Shown: positions 28,597 to 38,678 of the stretch, piece by piece
Layout: every line of letters begins with the position of its first letter
How positions within the stretch are numbered: position 1 is the first letter of the stretch
Translations under genes and position numbers: made by a program
Notes under the pieces: model-generated
Told to the model about the DNA's origin: nothing
Databases searched by the model: none
The model's input: only the letters and a program-made list of their open reading frames with translations
Assembly: GCA_963737905.1 (NCBI GenBank)
Contig: CAVTUQ010000025.1
Location: 192,001 to 256,000, forward strand
Origin: an uncultured delta proteobacterium
GTDB lineage: Bacteria; Desulfobacterota; Binatia; UBA9968
Length of the DNA stretch: 64,000 bases
Reading direction: 5' to 3'

Positions 28597-30555
28597 ATGG
28601 GGCGCGGCACCGTACTCAGCACCGATCACCAATCAATTCCAAAAAGAAAAATCGAGACTCCGGACCGTCCGCACCAGCCTCAGCTGGCGCGCGCGGTTCA
28701 AAATGCCACGGGCGCTCTACTTGGGCTGCAACATCCGGACGGCTCCTGGTGTTTCGAGCTAGAAGCCGATTGTACCATCCCGGCTGAGTATATCCTGATG
28801 ATGCACTACATGGACGAGTTGGACGAATCGCTCCAGAAAAAGCTTGCTTCTTACCTACGCGGCCGCCAAGGGGAGGACGGTGGTTGGCCTCTTTACCACG
28901 GCGGTGGCGCTGAGATCAGTTGCTCCGTGAAAGCCTACTATGCGCTGAAGCTTGCCGGCGACAACCCTGACCTACCCCATATGGGCAAAGCCCGAGAAAC
29001 GATCCTACGCCTCGGCGGAGCCTCTCGGGCCAACGTATTCACCCGAATTATGCTTGCAATCTTCGAGCAAGTTCCTTGGCGCGCCGTACCGTTTTTGCCG
29101 GTGGAATGCATCCTGCTACCCCGCTGGTTTCCTTTTCATCTGTCCAAAGTCTCTTATTGGTCACGGACGGTGATGGTCCCTCTATTCATCCTCTACACGT
29201 TTAAGGCGCGCGCACGAAATCCTAAGCGGGTCTCGATCAGGGAGCTCTTTATCACTGACCCTTGGCAGGAAACAGACTATTTCCCAACTCATTCAACTCT
29301 AAATCGCGCCTTCCTCATGTTGGATCGACTGGGACTAAGACTCTACCCGTGGATTCCTCAAGGACTGCGCCGCCGCGCCATCAGAAAGGCCGAAGGCTGG
29401 ATATTGGAGCGGCTCAATGGCGAGGGCGGTCTAGGCGCCATATTTCCGGCCATGGTCAATGCCTATGAAGCACTGGGGTTACTCGGTTATCCGGTTGACC
29501 ATCCGCTGCGCGCGATACAACGACGAGCGATCGACGATCTCCTGGTGGTGCAGGATCAAAGCGCCTATTGCCAGCCCTGTGTGTCGCCCGTATGGGATAC
29601 CGCGTGGGCCTGTATCGCGTTGCAAAAGGTCGGTGACGAGCGGGGCAACGCCGCTGTCAAAAGAGCCTTCAAGTGGCTGGCTCGAAAGCAACTCCTAGAA
29701 GAGCCCCAGGACTGGAGGTTCAATCGTCCTCAAGTCAGGAGCGGTGGTTGGCCCTTTCAATTCAAAAATTCCCATTATCCCGATCTCGACGACACGGCGG
29801 CGGTCGCCTATGCGATGGATAAGAGCGGCGACGAGAGTTTGGGTAGCACGGTGCGGCGCGCAGCCGAATGGATTTGTGGCATGCAGTCGAGAAACGGGGG
29901 CTTTGCTTCATTTGATGCCGACAACGATCACACCTACCTCAACGAAATACCCTTTGCGGATCACGGTGCGCTACTGGATCCGCCCACAGAGGATGTGAGT
30001 GGGCGCTGTGTAATGTTGCTTTCGCAATTGGGGACTTCAGAATGCCAATCCGCTAAAAAAAAATGTCTCGACTACCTCTTTCGTTCTCAGGAGCCGGACG
30101 GCTCATGGTACGGAAGGTGGGGGACAAACTACATCTATGGCACCTGGTCCGTTCTTATGGGTTTGGAAGAAGCAGGAATAGGCGCAGAACATCAAGCGGT
30201 AAAGCGCGCCGCCGCTTGGCTTAAAAACACCCAGCGTGCCGATGGTGGATGGGGAGAAGGATGCGACACCTATTTTGATCCGTCCAAACGGGGCCGTGGA
30301 GAGCGTAGCACCTCTTTCCACACCGCTTGGGCTTTACTGGGGTTGATGAGCAGCGGCGAGGTTCACTCGGATTCGGTGGGCCGCGGCATCGATTTTCTCC
30401 TCCGCACGCAGTTGCCCAACGGCGTTTGGAGCGATCCCGATTTCAATGCACCCGGCTTTCCACGGGTCTTTTATTTAAAGTATCACGGCTATGATAAGTA
30501 CTTTCCCTTGCTAGCGCTGGCGCGCTATCGGAACTTAACGGCTGGGGAAAGATGA
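28597..30555 (+). CDS. shc: Squalene-hopene cyclase
   Basis: QW repeats (QxxDGxW), catalytic YPDLDDTA, SPVWDT and GFPRVFYLKYHGY. Confidence 0.97.
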   Translation: MGRGTVLSTDHQSIPKRKIETPDRPHQPQLARAVQNATGALLGLQHPDGSWCFELEADCTIPAEYILMMHYMDELDESLQKKLASYLRGRQGEDGGWPLYHGGGAEISCSVKAYYALKLAGDNPDLPHMGKARETILRLGGASRANVFTRIMLAIFEQVPWRAVPFLPVECILLPRWFPFHLSKVSYWSRTVMVPLFILYTFKARARNPKRVSIRELFITDPWQETDYFPTHSTLNRAFLMLDRLGLRLYPWIPQGLRRRAIRKAEGWILERLNGEGGLGAIFPAMVNAYEALGLLGYPVDHPLRAIQRRAIDDLLVVQDQSAYCQPCVSPVWDTAWACIALQKVGDERGNAAVKRAFKWLARKQLLEEPQDWRFNRPQVRSGGWPFQFKNSHYPDLDDTAAVAYAMDKSGDESLGSTVRRAAEWICGMQSRNGGFASFDADNDHTYLNEIPFADHGALLDPPTEDVSGRCVMLLSQLGTSECQSAKKKCLDYLFRSQEPDGSWYGRWGTNYIYGTWSVLMGLEEAGIGAEHQAVKRAAAWLKNTQRADGGWGEGCDTYFDPSKRGRGERSTSFHTAWALLGLMSSGEVHSDSVGRGIDFLLRTQLPNGVWSDPDFNAPGFPRVFYLKYHGYDKYFPLLALARYRNLTAGER

Positions 30556-31256
30556 TGCTTGGAATTGTTGTTTCGCTTTCTCGGGAACTAAAAAGCCTAA
30601 CCCGTCAAACGATCCCGGTGGGCACATGGAGAGCGATCTCGGATGACACACTAGTTGCTCTGTCGGGAATCGGAGCGGAGCGCGCGCACAAAGCCGGATC
30701 GGTTTTGGTTTCGCAAGGAGCAACAGCCCTGCTAAGTTGGGGGTTTGCGGCCGCACTCGACGATCGCCTACACGCTGGATGCCTGATCCTTCCCGAACGC
30801 ATCATTGGGGCAAACGGTGAAATTCACTCGGTAAGCGCCGCGTGGCATCGACAACTACATCAAACCCTGTCATCCAAACATCCCGTTCGCACAGAGGCTC
30901 TGGTTGAAAGTGATGCCGTTATAAAAACTTCGGCTGAAAAGCGGGCACTTGCCAAACAGACGCAAGCTGCGGCGACCGATATGGAGAGTGCAGCACAAGC
31001 AAGGCTTGCCAATGAGCACCGGCTTCCCTTTGTGGCAATCCGGGCAATTGTCGATACGGTATCGACCGATATTCCTGAAAACCTCCTAAAAGCACTCGAT
31101 CCCCAAGGCAATATTGGCGTCTGGGGACTTCTCACTCGAGCCTATCTCACGCCAGCAGATTGGATCAAAGTTGTGCAACTCTGTATCCAGTTTAACGCTG
31201 CGCAAAGAACGCTAAGCAAGACGCGAGCGCTTGTACTTGGTTCTTCACGGTTTTGA
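30552..31256 (+). CDS. hpnG: Hopanoid-associated nucleoside phosphorylase
   Basis: SGIG, LLSWGFAAAL, DMESAA, AIRAIVD; 4-nt overlap with shc. Confidence 0.82.
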   Translation: MMLGIVVSLSRELKSLTRQTIPVGTWRAISDDTLVALSGIGAERAHKAGSVLVSQGATALLSWGFAAALDDRLHAGCLILPERIIGANGEIHSVSAAWHRQLHQTLSSKHPVRTEALVESDAVIKTSAEKRALAKQTQAAATDMESAAQARLANEHRLPFVAIRAIVDTVSTDIPENLLKALDPQGNIGVWGLLTRAYLTPADWIKVVQLCIQFNAAQRTLSKTRALVLGSSRF

Positions 31257-32420
31257 CTTATAGTGCCTATTTTCACAAGAGCCGATCACAGCAGCCCGAC
31301 GTCGGTAGACCCTTCCTTTCCAACGGCTTCGTTCGCCCCACCAGTACCGGATTGCAGACGTCCAGGTCATCGCGAGAAAAAGTGCGGCGATCAAAGGCAG
31401 AGCGAGCGCCCACGCCCATGATCGGTGATAAAATTGAAGTATGGGCACGTAAGTTAGGAACATAATCACCAACGAACCCAGTGAAGGATAGCGAAGTATT
31501 ATATTTGACGAAGCACCCACAACGACAGGGACCCCATAGACCAGCACCATCAACAGGGTGCATAGAGCCAACAGTCCCACCGAGTAGTGGAGCTGGGCAA
31601 ACGCCGTGCGAGCTACCATGTCCCATATTTCGCGCAGCTGCTGATAGGTCCGGACACTTTTAACCGAATGCGTCAGCCCCAACCAGATCTTAAATCCTTG
31701 TGACTTCACTCGCCCGGCTAGGGCACAATCGTCGATGACGGCCGACTTGATTGACGTAAACCCACCGATTTGATTCAGCAGCCTAGTCTCCACAAGGATG
31801 CAGCCGCCGGCCGCCGCCGCCACCTTAGCATGATGAGAGTTCACCCGGCGAAACGGATAGAGGATCTTGAAGAAGTGTACAAAGGCGGGCATCAGCAATT
31901 TCTCCCAGGTACCGGACATCGAAGGCATGGCCATGAGAGAAACGAATGGAACACCTTCCCGATCCATCTTCTCTCTAAGAGTCTTAACGATCCCCCGGGC
32001 CAGCTCAATGTCGGCATCGAGGAGTAACGCATACGGTGTCGTGACGTGCTGGCGGGCTTGTTCGAGGGCCCAAAGCTTGCCGCTCCAGCCGGACGGAAGC
32101 GGCGCACTCCGAATAACGCGAAGATCTGAAATGCACAGTTTACGGGCCTTTTCCACTGTAGCATCCTCAGAGTTGTCATCGATCAAGATAATCTTTAGGC
32201 CTGGCCCCTGTTCGATGACCGATAGCAAAGTGTGCTGAATAACTTCGGCTTCATTGCGCGCAGGGATCAATACAGTAATTTCGTCGAGAGCTGTGTCCCC
32301 ATTGGCACCCTCCATCGCATCAAGGACTTCCTGATTAGACCAAGGGCGCCAGGGCAGTAATGCAAATACAACCCACGACAGAGTCGAGAGTGCCGCAAGA
32401 ACTATGCAAAAGGCTTCCAT
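31245..32420 (-). CDS. hpnB: Hopanoid-associated GT2 glycosyltransferase
   Basis: IPARNEA, DDNSED, GWSGKLWAL, DADI, AAAAGGC, IDDC, MVARTA and WKGR. Confidence 0.85.
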   Translation of the reverse strand: MEAFCIVLAALSTLSWVVFALLPWRPWSNQEVLDAMEGANGDTALDEITVLIPARNEAEVIQHTLLSVIEQGPGLKIILIDDNSEDATVEKARKLCISDLRVIRSAPLPSGWSGKLWALEQARQHVTTPYALLLDADIELARGIVKTLREKMDREGVPFVSLMAMPSMSGTWEKLLMPAFVHFFKILYPFRRVNSHHAKVAAAAGGCILVETRLLNQIGGFTSIKSAVIDDCALAGRVKSQGFKIWLGLTHSVKSVRTYQQLREIWDMVARTAFAQLHYSVGLLALCTLLMVLVYGVPVVVGASSNIILRYPSLGSLVIMFLTYVPILQFYHRSWAWALALPLIAALFLAMTWTSAIRYWWGERSRWKGRVYRRRAAVIGSCENRHYKSKP

Positions 32421-32533
32421 TGCAAAACCATCGTATCAGCGACGTCAGCAATCGTTTTTAACTTCTATCAAATTTAATATAAGAAAGAATATCGAACCCA
32501 AGAGCCGAAGCCAAAGGAACAAAAAAGTTGACA

Positions 32534-33547
32534 ATGCTATTGACCGGTGCGACAGGCTTTGTAGGCGCGGCCGTGCTCCGTTGTCTAGTAGCAGCCGGTC
32601 ACAATGTCCGCGCGCTGGTCCGGCCAAACAGCGATCGTCGTAATTTGTCCGGTGTTGACTGCGAGAATATTACGGGCGATCTCACCGAGCCGGAGTCGCT
32701 TAAACGTGCCGTGCGGGGTTGCCAGGCTGTGTTTCACGTTGCCGCAGACTATCGCCTTTGGGTTCCTGACCGACAGCAAATGAACCGGGTCAACGTCCAA
32801 GGCACGGTCGACCTGATCCAGGCTGCGGCAGCAGCAGGCGTGTCGCGTATCGTCTACACATCGAGCGTCGCAACGCTCCGCCTAAGAGATGATGGTTTTC
32901 CCGCGGATGAAGAATCGCATGCTGAGTTTTCCGACATGATCGGCGTCTACAAGCAGTCGAAGTTCCTAGCCGAACAGGAGGTAAAACGCTTACTGAACGA
33001 CGCGGGAGTCCCGGTAGTCATTGTGAAACCCACGGCACCTTTCGGGCCCGGTGATGTCAAGCCGACCCCGACCGGGCGAATGGTTGTCGAAGCCGCCTCA
33101 GGCCGGATGCCTGCCTATGTCAATACCGGGCTCAATGTAGTCCACGTGGACGATGTTGCGACCGGTCACTTGTTGGCTTATGAAAAGGGAGCCGTTGGTG
33201 AAAGTTATATTCTCGGCGGCGAGAATCGGCCTCTTCGATGGATTCTGGAAACCGTGGCCGAACTCTCTGGGCGTCGGCCGCCGCAAGTTCAGCTGCCTTA
33301 CTGGTTCGTAGTTCCCTTGGCTCATATCTGGGAAGGAGTAACGCGCCTCAGAGGTCATGGCGACCCCATGCTCACGGTAGACAGTGTTCGAATGGCGCGC
33401 AAGCTCATGTACTTCTCGAGTGAGAAAGCGCGCCGCGAGCTTGGGTATGCTCCAAGGCCCGCAGTCGAGGCTCTAAGCGACGAGATCGAATGGTTTTACA
33501 AGCACGGCTATGTTGAACGAAAGAAAATCAAGAAATATTCTGCGTGA
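32534..33547 (+). CDS. hpnA: Hopanoid-associated NAD-dependent epimerase/dehydratase
   Basis: TGATGFVG, HVAADYRLW, YKQSK and DVKPTPTG. Confidence 0.9.
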   Translation: MLLTGATGFVGAAVLRCLVAAGHNVRALVRPNSDRRNLSGVDCENITGDLTEPESLKRAVRGCQAVFHVAADYRLWVPDRQQMNRVNVQGTVDLIQAAAAAGVSRIVYTSSVATLRLRDDGFPADEESHAEFSDMIGVYKQSKFLAEQEVKRLLNDAGVPVVIVKPTAPFGPGDVKPTPTGRMVVEAASGRMPAYVNTGLNVVHVDDVATGHLLAYEKGAVGESYILGGENRPLRWILETVAELSGRRPPQVQLPYWFVVPLAHIWEGVTRLRGHGDPMLTVDSVRMARKLMYFSSEKARRELGYAPRPAVEALSDEIEWFYKHGYVERKKIKKYSA

Positions 33548-33590
33548 CAGAGTCCGGCGTGATTCGCCCCTGGAGGCATCTTGCTCGGAG

Positions 33591-34667
33591 TCACCGGCTG
33601 CTTCCTGATCCATCCATCGAATACGTGTTCGGCAACTCAGGTGCCAAGGCTCCATCGGTCCTTGGACCTCGCAGGAAAACACGTAATGCCTTGAGCGGGT
33701 GCTTGAGCGTGTCATTGACCGCCGTGGTTTCATAACCGCAGTGTGCCATGCAATTGGCGCATTTTGGGTTGTTGCCCGTGCCATAACGATCCCAGTCGGT
33801 TTCTTCAATTAGAGCTTTGAACGTCGGCGCGTAGCCCTCGTCCACAAGCAGATAACAAGGCCTTTGCCAACCGAGAACGTTACGTGTAGGGTTACCCCAG
33901 GGTGTACAATGGTAGGTCTCGTTACCGGCGAGAAAATCCAAAAACAGGCTAGAGTGATTAAGCCTCCATCTGCGCTTTTGGCCGAGCCTGAAAACACTCC
34001 TGAAGAGTTGCTTGCTCGCCTTGCGTTGCATGAAGACATCTTGGCGAGGAGCATGGTCATAGCTGAATCCCGGCGAAATTGTCACCCCCTCCACTCCAAG
34101 AGCCATGACATCATCGAGAAACTTTGCCACTTCTTCAGCTGATTCCCCTTGGAATAAGGTGCAGTTGATCGTCACCCGGAAACACTTTTGAATCGCCTCT
34201 TGAATCGCCTCTACGGCCTGGTCAAATACCCCCGTCCGGCAGACGGAGGTATCATGCCGATCGCGACCGCCATCCAGATGAACTGAAAATGTCAAATAGG
34301 GTGAAGGCGTATAATCATCCATGCGGCGAGAAAGGAGCAAGGCGTTCGTGCACAGGTAGACGAATTTCTTGCGTTGAATAAAGCCACGTACGATCTCTGG
34401 CATCTCTTGGTGGATCAAAGGTTCCCCGCCGGCAATCGACACCAATGGTGCACCGCACTCGTCGATGGCGGCCATACATTCCTCCGGGCTCAGGCGACGA
34501 TCCAAGATCTCTGCCGGATAATCGATCTTCCCGCAACCTGCGCAGGCCAAATTGCAGCGAAACAAAGGCTCGAGCATCAGCACCAATGGGTAGCGCTCAA
34601 CCCCCCGTATCCGTTGCCTCAGAATATAACCTAGAACCGCCAGGCTTTGACGTAATGGAATTCCCAT
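33591..34667 (-). CDS. hpnH: Adenosylhopane synthase, radical SAM
   Basis: PLVLMLEPLFRCNLACAGCGKI, CTPWGNP and CANCMAHCGYE. Confidence 0.95.
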   Translation of the reverse strand: MGIPLRQSLAVLGYILRQRIRGVERYPLVLMLEPLFRCNLACAGCGKIDYPAEILDRRLSPEECMAAIDECGAPLVSIAGGEPLIHQEMPEIVRGFIQRKKFVYLCTNALLLSRRMDDYTPSPYLTFSVHLDGGRDRHDTSVCRTGVFDQAVEAIQEAIQKCFRVTINCTLFQGESAEEVAKFLDDVMALGVEGVTISPGFSYDHAPRQDVFMQRKASKQLFRSVFRLGQKRRWRLNHSSLFLDFLAGNETYHCTPWGNPTRNVLGWQRPCYLLVDEGYAPTFKALIEETDWDRYGTGNNPKCANCMAHCGYETTAVNDTLKHPLKALRVFLRGPRTDGALAPELPNTYSMDGSGSSR

Positions 34668-34913
34668 CGTGAACTTCTCATCAAATAAAACTGCGAGCCT
34701 TAGATCCTACCCTTTTGCTATGCCGACACCACTATAACCTAGCCCCGGAAAGGGTCAAGGTTGTCGCAAGTGCCTTGAGCTAAGAGATCCGCCGTCAGCT
34801 CAACTACTTTGCCGCAAGCCCACTGGCCTTGACGGGCTCATGATTTTCCGGATAACTAAGAGGCTCACTGAGACGCATCGAAGACGAGTATTTGACCCAA
34901 GGAGGCAGTCCGA

Positions 34914-36701
34914 ATGAGCGAGACAACAAAGCAAGGCAATATCAATATTAAGAAATCGACGCAGCGATGGCAATCCGACGTGGTCGTTGATTTGATCAAG
35001 CAGTATGGGTTTCCGTATATCGCGCTGAATCCGGGAGCGAGCTTTCGCGGGCTCCACGATTCGCTGGTCAATTACGGTGAGAACCAGCCGCCGATGCTGC
35101 TCTGCAACCACGAGAAAATCGCGGTGCAGATCGCCCATGGCTATGCCAAGGCCAGTGGCAAACCGATGATGGCCATTGTCCATGACGTCGTCGGACTGTT
35201 ACATGCCCCCATGGGCATCTACTACGCTTATATCGACCGTTGCCCGGTCTTTATCGTCGGAGCCACCGGTCCCATGGATGAGAAGTACCGCCGTCCGTTT
35301 ATCGACTGGATTCACACCGCCTTCGCCCAAGGCGACGTGGTGCGCAATTTCACCAAATGGGACTACCAGCCGGGCAGCATCCATGGCGTGCCCGATTCCT
35401 TCGCCCGCGCCTACTCGATCATGATGAGCGAGCCCCAAGGGCCGGTCTATATGTGCTACGACTCGGCGATGCAAGAAGGCCCGCTAAAAGACGAGATGGC
35501 TCTGCCCAATTATGCGGTTAAAGTGCCATCCCGGATTGCGGCCGAACCCGCGGCCATTGAACAAGCCGCCGACCTGCTGGTCGCCGCCGATAACCCACTC
35601 TTGCTTACTGAATATGCCGCACGCATGCCCGTCGGGTTCGAATCCACGGTGGAACTGGCCGAGACCATGGGCGCGTCGGTTTACGATATCAACAAGCGGC
35701 TCGGGTTTCCCAATCGCCACCCACTGAGCGTGAGCTTTCACCCGGACGCGTTCAAAGGCGTCGATCTGATCGCGGCCCTGGACGTGGTCGATTGGACGCG
35801 CGGGTCCCATAAACTGAACACTCAAACGCGCGAGATCACCGTAGTTACCGCGCCGGACTGCAAATGGATCGACGTCGGCTTTGCCGACATCGAGATCAGC
35901 AAATGGGCCACCGATTACAACAAGCACCATAACTGGAACCTTCGGGTGCTGGGCGATAGCGCGCTGACGCTCCCGGCGCTCACTGCCGCTTGCCGCAAGC
36001 GGATCGATGGCAATAAAACCCTGCTCTCGCGCATCGAGGAACGGAAGAAAAACATCGGCGAAAGGCATACGCGCCAGTGGCAAAAATGGCAAGACCAAGT
36101 CAAAGAACAATGGAACGAGCGACCCATGACCGAATCGCGTCTCGCGCATGAAGTCTGGCAAGTCATCAAGAATGAGGACTGGGTGCTCACCGCCAACACA
36201 TTGAAAGAATGGGTCCACAAGCTATGGGACTTCGATAGGCCCTACCGTCATGTGGGACGCGAGCTCGGCACCGGTACCCAGATCGGCATGTCCATCGGTG
36301 TTGCCCTGGCGCACAAGGGAACCGGTAAACTCGTGGTTGATCTCCAGCCCGACGGCGATCTGATGTTCGACCTGGGCGCGCTCTGGATGCCGGTCAAGTA
36401 CGATATCCCGCTGCTGGTGGTAATGTATAACAATCGCGCCTACTACAACGACTGGGCCCATCAGATCCACATGGCGCACCAGCGCGGCACCGATCCGGCC
36501 CGAGCCTACATCGGGATGGACCTCGAAGCGCCCCCACCGGACTTCGCCCATATCGCGAAGGGGCTGGGGTGGCATGCCGAAGGTCCCATTGAAGACCCGG
36601 CCCAAGTCGGACCGGCATTGCGACGCGCCATCGAACAGATCAAGGCCGGCAAGCCGGCGCTGGTGGACACTGTGGTATGGCGGCGCGGTGAAAACGCGTA
36701 A
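34914..36701 (+). CDS. Thiamine-diphosphate-dependent enzyme (acetolactate synthase/decarboxylase-like), copy 1
   Basis: NPGASFRGLHDS, catalytic Glu in HEKIAV, PDGD...YNN ThDP motif. AGGAGG RBS. Confidence 0.9.
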   Translation: MSETTKQGNINIKKSTQRWQSDVVVDLIKQYGFPYIALNPGASFRGLHDSLVNYGENQPPMLLCNHEKIAVQIAHGYAKASGKPMMAIVHDVVGLLHAPMGIYYAYIDRCPVFIVGATGPMDEKYRRPFIDWIHTAFAQGDVVRNFTKWDYQPGSIHGVPDSFARAYSIMMSEPQGPVYMCYDSAMQEGPLKDEMALPNYAVKVPSRIAAEPAAIEQAADLLVAADNPLLLTEYAARMPVGFESTVELAETMGASVYDINKRLGFPNRHPLSVSFHPDAFKGVDLIAALDVVDWTRGSHKLNTQTREITVVTAPDCKWIDVGFADIEISKWATDYNKHHNWNLRVLGDSALTLPALTAACRKRIDGNKTLLSRIEERKKNIGERHTRQWQKWQDQVKEQWNERPMTESRLAHEVWQVIKNEDWVLTANTLKEWVHKLWDFDRPYRHVGRELGTGTQIGMSIGVALAHKGTGKLVVDLQPDGDLMFDLGALWMPVKYDIPLLVVMYNNRAYYNDWAHQIHMAHQRGTDPARAYIGMDLEAPPPDFAHIAKGLGWHAEGPIEDPAQVGPALRRAIEQIKAGKPALVDTVVWRRGENA

Positions 36702-36711
36702 AAGAAAAAAC

Positions 36712-36740
36712 GTGGGGGCGGGTTTCAAACCCGCCCCTAC
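36712..36740. repeat. GTAG-type REP-like palindrome
   Basis: GTGGGGGCGGGTTT-C-AAACCCGCCCCTAC; the minus strand begins GTAG. Confidence 0.7.
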
Positions 36741-36795
36741 TTCGTGCGCTTGTGATGCAACCGATACATTGAACGAACTAAAGGAGGAAAGTTAT

Positions 36796-38583
36796 ATGGC
36801 AAAGCCAGCCCCAAAAGTAGAGACCGTCAAGAAATCCGATCGGCGATGGCAATCGGATATCATCGTCGACATGATCAAGCGTTACGGCTTCGAGTATATC
36901 GCGCTTAACCCGGGGGCGAGCTACCGCGGGTTGCACGACTCGCTGGTCAACTACGGCGAAAACGACCCGCCGATGTTGCTTTGCCAACACGAAAAGATCG
37001 CGGTCCAGATCGCCCATGGCTATGCTCGCGCAACAGGGAAGCCGATGATCGCTATCGTGCACAATCTGGTCGGTCTGCTGCACGCGCCGATGGGCATTTA
37101 CTACGCCTATCTCGACCGCGCACCGGTCTTTATCGTCGGCGCCACCGGGCCCATGGCCGAGCCTAAACGCCGTCCGTTTATCGACTGGATCCACACGGCC
37201 AATGGCCAAGGTGAAGTGATCCGTAATTTCGTCAAGTGGGATTACCAGCCGACTACCGTCGATGGTGTGCCCGGCGCTTTTGCGCGGGCTTACTCCGTCA
37301 TGATGAGTGCACGCCAGGGACCGGTCTATATGTGTTACGACGCCGGCCTGCAGGAGGCCCAGTTGGATCATGACGTCGAAATGCCGCCCCCCGGCGCGAT
37401 AGACGTTCCGGCGGCTCCGTCCGCGGATCCCGCCGCGTTGGAAAAAGCGGCCAACACTCTGGCCGCCGCCAATCGAGTGGCGATCATCGCCGATTTCGCC
37501 GCCCGGCCGCCGCACGGCTGGAATCATGTGGTGGAGCTGGCAGAGACTTTGGGTGCTTCAGTGTGGGACGTGGGTTCCCGGCTCAACTTTCCCAGCGATC
37601 ATCCGCTCAACCTGACTTCGGATCCCGAGGGCTGCTACAAAGACGTCGACGTCGTGCTGACCCTGGACATTGCCGACTTCGAAAAACCGACCCACGTGCG
37701 CGACATCGCCACCCGCACCGTGGTCAGCAAGGTCCCGGCCAATGCGACCTGGATCGACATCGGTTTCACCGACATTGAGATCAGCAAATGGTCGATGGAC
37801 TATGCCCGGCCATTCTATGCGCAGCAGCGCATGACCGCCGATCCGGTCACCACCGTGCCGCAATTGACGAAGCTCCTGAGAGGCCGGATCGCCAACACTC
37901 CGGGGCTTGCAGAGAAGATCGCCAAGCGCACTGAAGAGATCGGCAAGCGCCATGCGGAAACCCGCGCCAGGTGGCGCAAGCAGGCCGAAGAGCATTGGGA
38001 TTCAAAGCCGATGACCGTACCGCGCCTCGCCCTGGAAGTGTGGGACGCGATCAAAGGAGAAGACTGGGTTCTCACCACGGGGGACTTGGGCAGCTGGGGA
38101 AAGAAACTTTGGAACTTCGATCGCCCCTATTGCCATGCCGGCCGTGAGCTCGGCACCGGCACCCAAATCGGGTTGTCATTGGGGGTTGCCTTGGCCAACA
38201 AAGGAACCGGACGGCTGGTCGTCGATTTGCAGCCGGACGGCGATCTCATGTTCGATGCCGGGGCGCTCTGGATAGCAGCCAAGTACCAAATCCCAATGCT
38301 CGTCGTGATGTTCAACAATCGCGCCTACTACAATGACTGGAACCATCAGCTGGTCCTCGCTCGAACCCGTGGCACCGATCCCAACCGCGCGCACATCGGC
38401 ATGGATCTCTTCGGCCCCGATCCGGATTTCGCCGGTCTCGCGCGATCCATGGGCTGGTACGCCGAAGGTCCAATCGAAAACGCCGACGACCTCCAGCCCG
38501 CGCTGAACCGCGCGATCGAGCAAGTCAAGCAAGGTAAGCCCGCCCTCATCGACTCCATCTGTGACCGCCGCAACCACGGCTGA
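36796..38583 (+). CDS. Thiamine-diphosphate-dependent enzyme, copy 2 (paralog of the upstream gene)
   Basis: Same motifs as copy 1 (WQSD, NPGASYRGLHDS, GRELGTGTQIG, PDGD...FNN). AAGGAGG RBS before ATG 36796. Confidence 0.9.
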   Translation: MAKPAPKVETVKKSDRRWQSDIIVDMIKRYGFEYIALNPGASYRGLHDSLVNYGENDPPMLLCQHEKIAVQIAHGYARATGKPMIAIVHNLVGLLHAPMGIYYAYLDRAPVFIVGATGPMAEPKRRPFIDWIHTANGQGEVIRNFVKWDYQPTTVDGVPGAFARAYSVMMSARQGPVYMCYDAGLQEAQLDHDVEMPPPGAIDVPAAPSADPAALEKAANTLAAANRVAIIADFAARPPHGWNHVVELAETLGASVWDVGSRLNFPSDHPLNLTSDPEGCYKDVDVVLTLDIADFEKPTHVRDIATRTVVSKVPANATWIDIGFTDIEISKWSMDYARPFYAQQRMTADPVTTVPQLTKLLRGRIANTPGLAEKIAKRTEEIGKRHAETRARWRKQAEEHWDSKPMTVPRLALEVWDAIKGEDWVLTTGDLGSWGKKLWNFDRPYCHAGRELGTGTQIGLSLGVALANKGTGRLVVDLQPDGDLMFDAGALWIAAKYQIPMLVVMFNNRAYYNDWNHQLVLARTRGTDPNRAHIGMDLFGPDPDFAGLARSMGWYAEGPIENADDLQPALNRAIEQVKQGKPALIDSICDRRNHG

Positions 38584-38593
38584 GAATGGACTC

Positions 38594-38624
38594 AATCCCC
38601 GCGCCGTTACACGGCGCGGGGATT
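38594..38624. terminator. Perfect 14-bp hairpin (terminator or mRNA-stabilising stem)
   Basis: AATCCCCGCGCCGT-TAC-ACGGCGCGGGGATT; no clear U tract. Confidence 0.55.
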
Positions 38625-38678
38625 CCCTCTAAAAAACGGATCGTTCTATTTTTCCGCACACTCGAGGAGAAAAAAATC

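Noticed and set aside
36574-36795. N-terminal extension of the second ThDP enzyme
   Set aside because: It overlaps the first paralog and the REP. A strong RBS and paralog alignment support ATG 36796.
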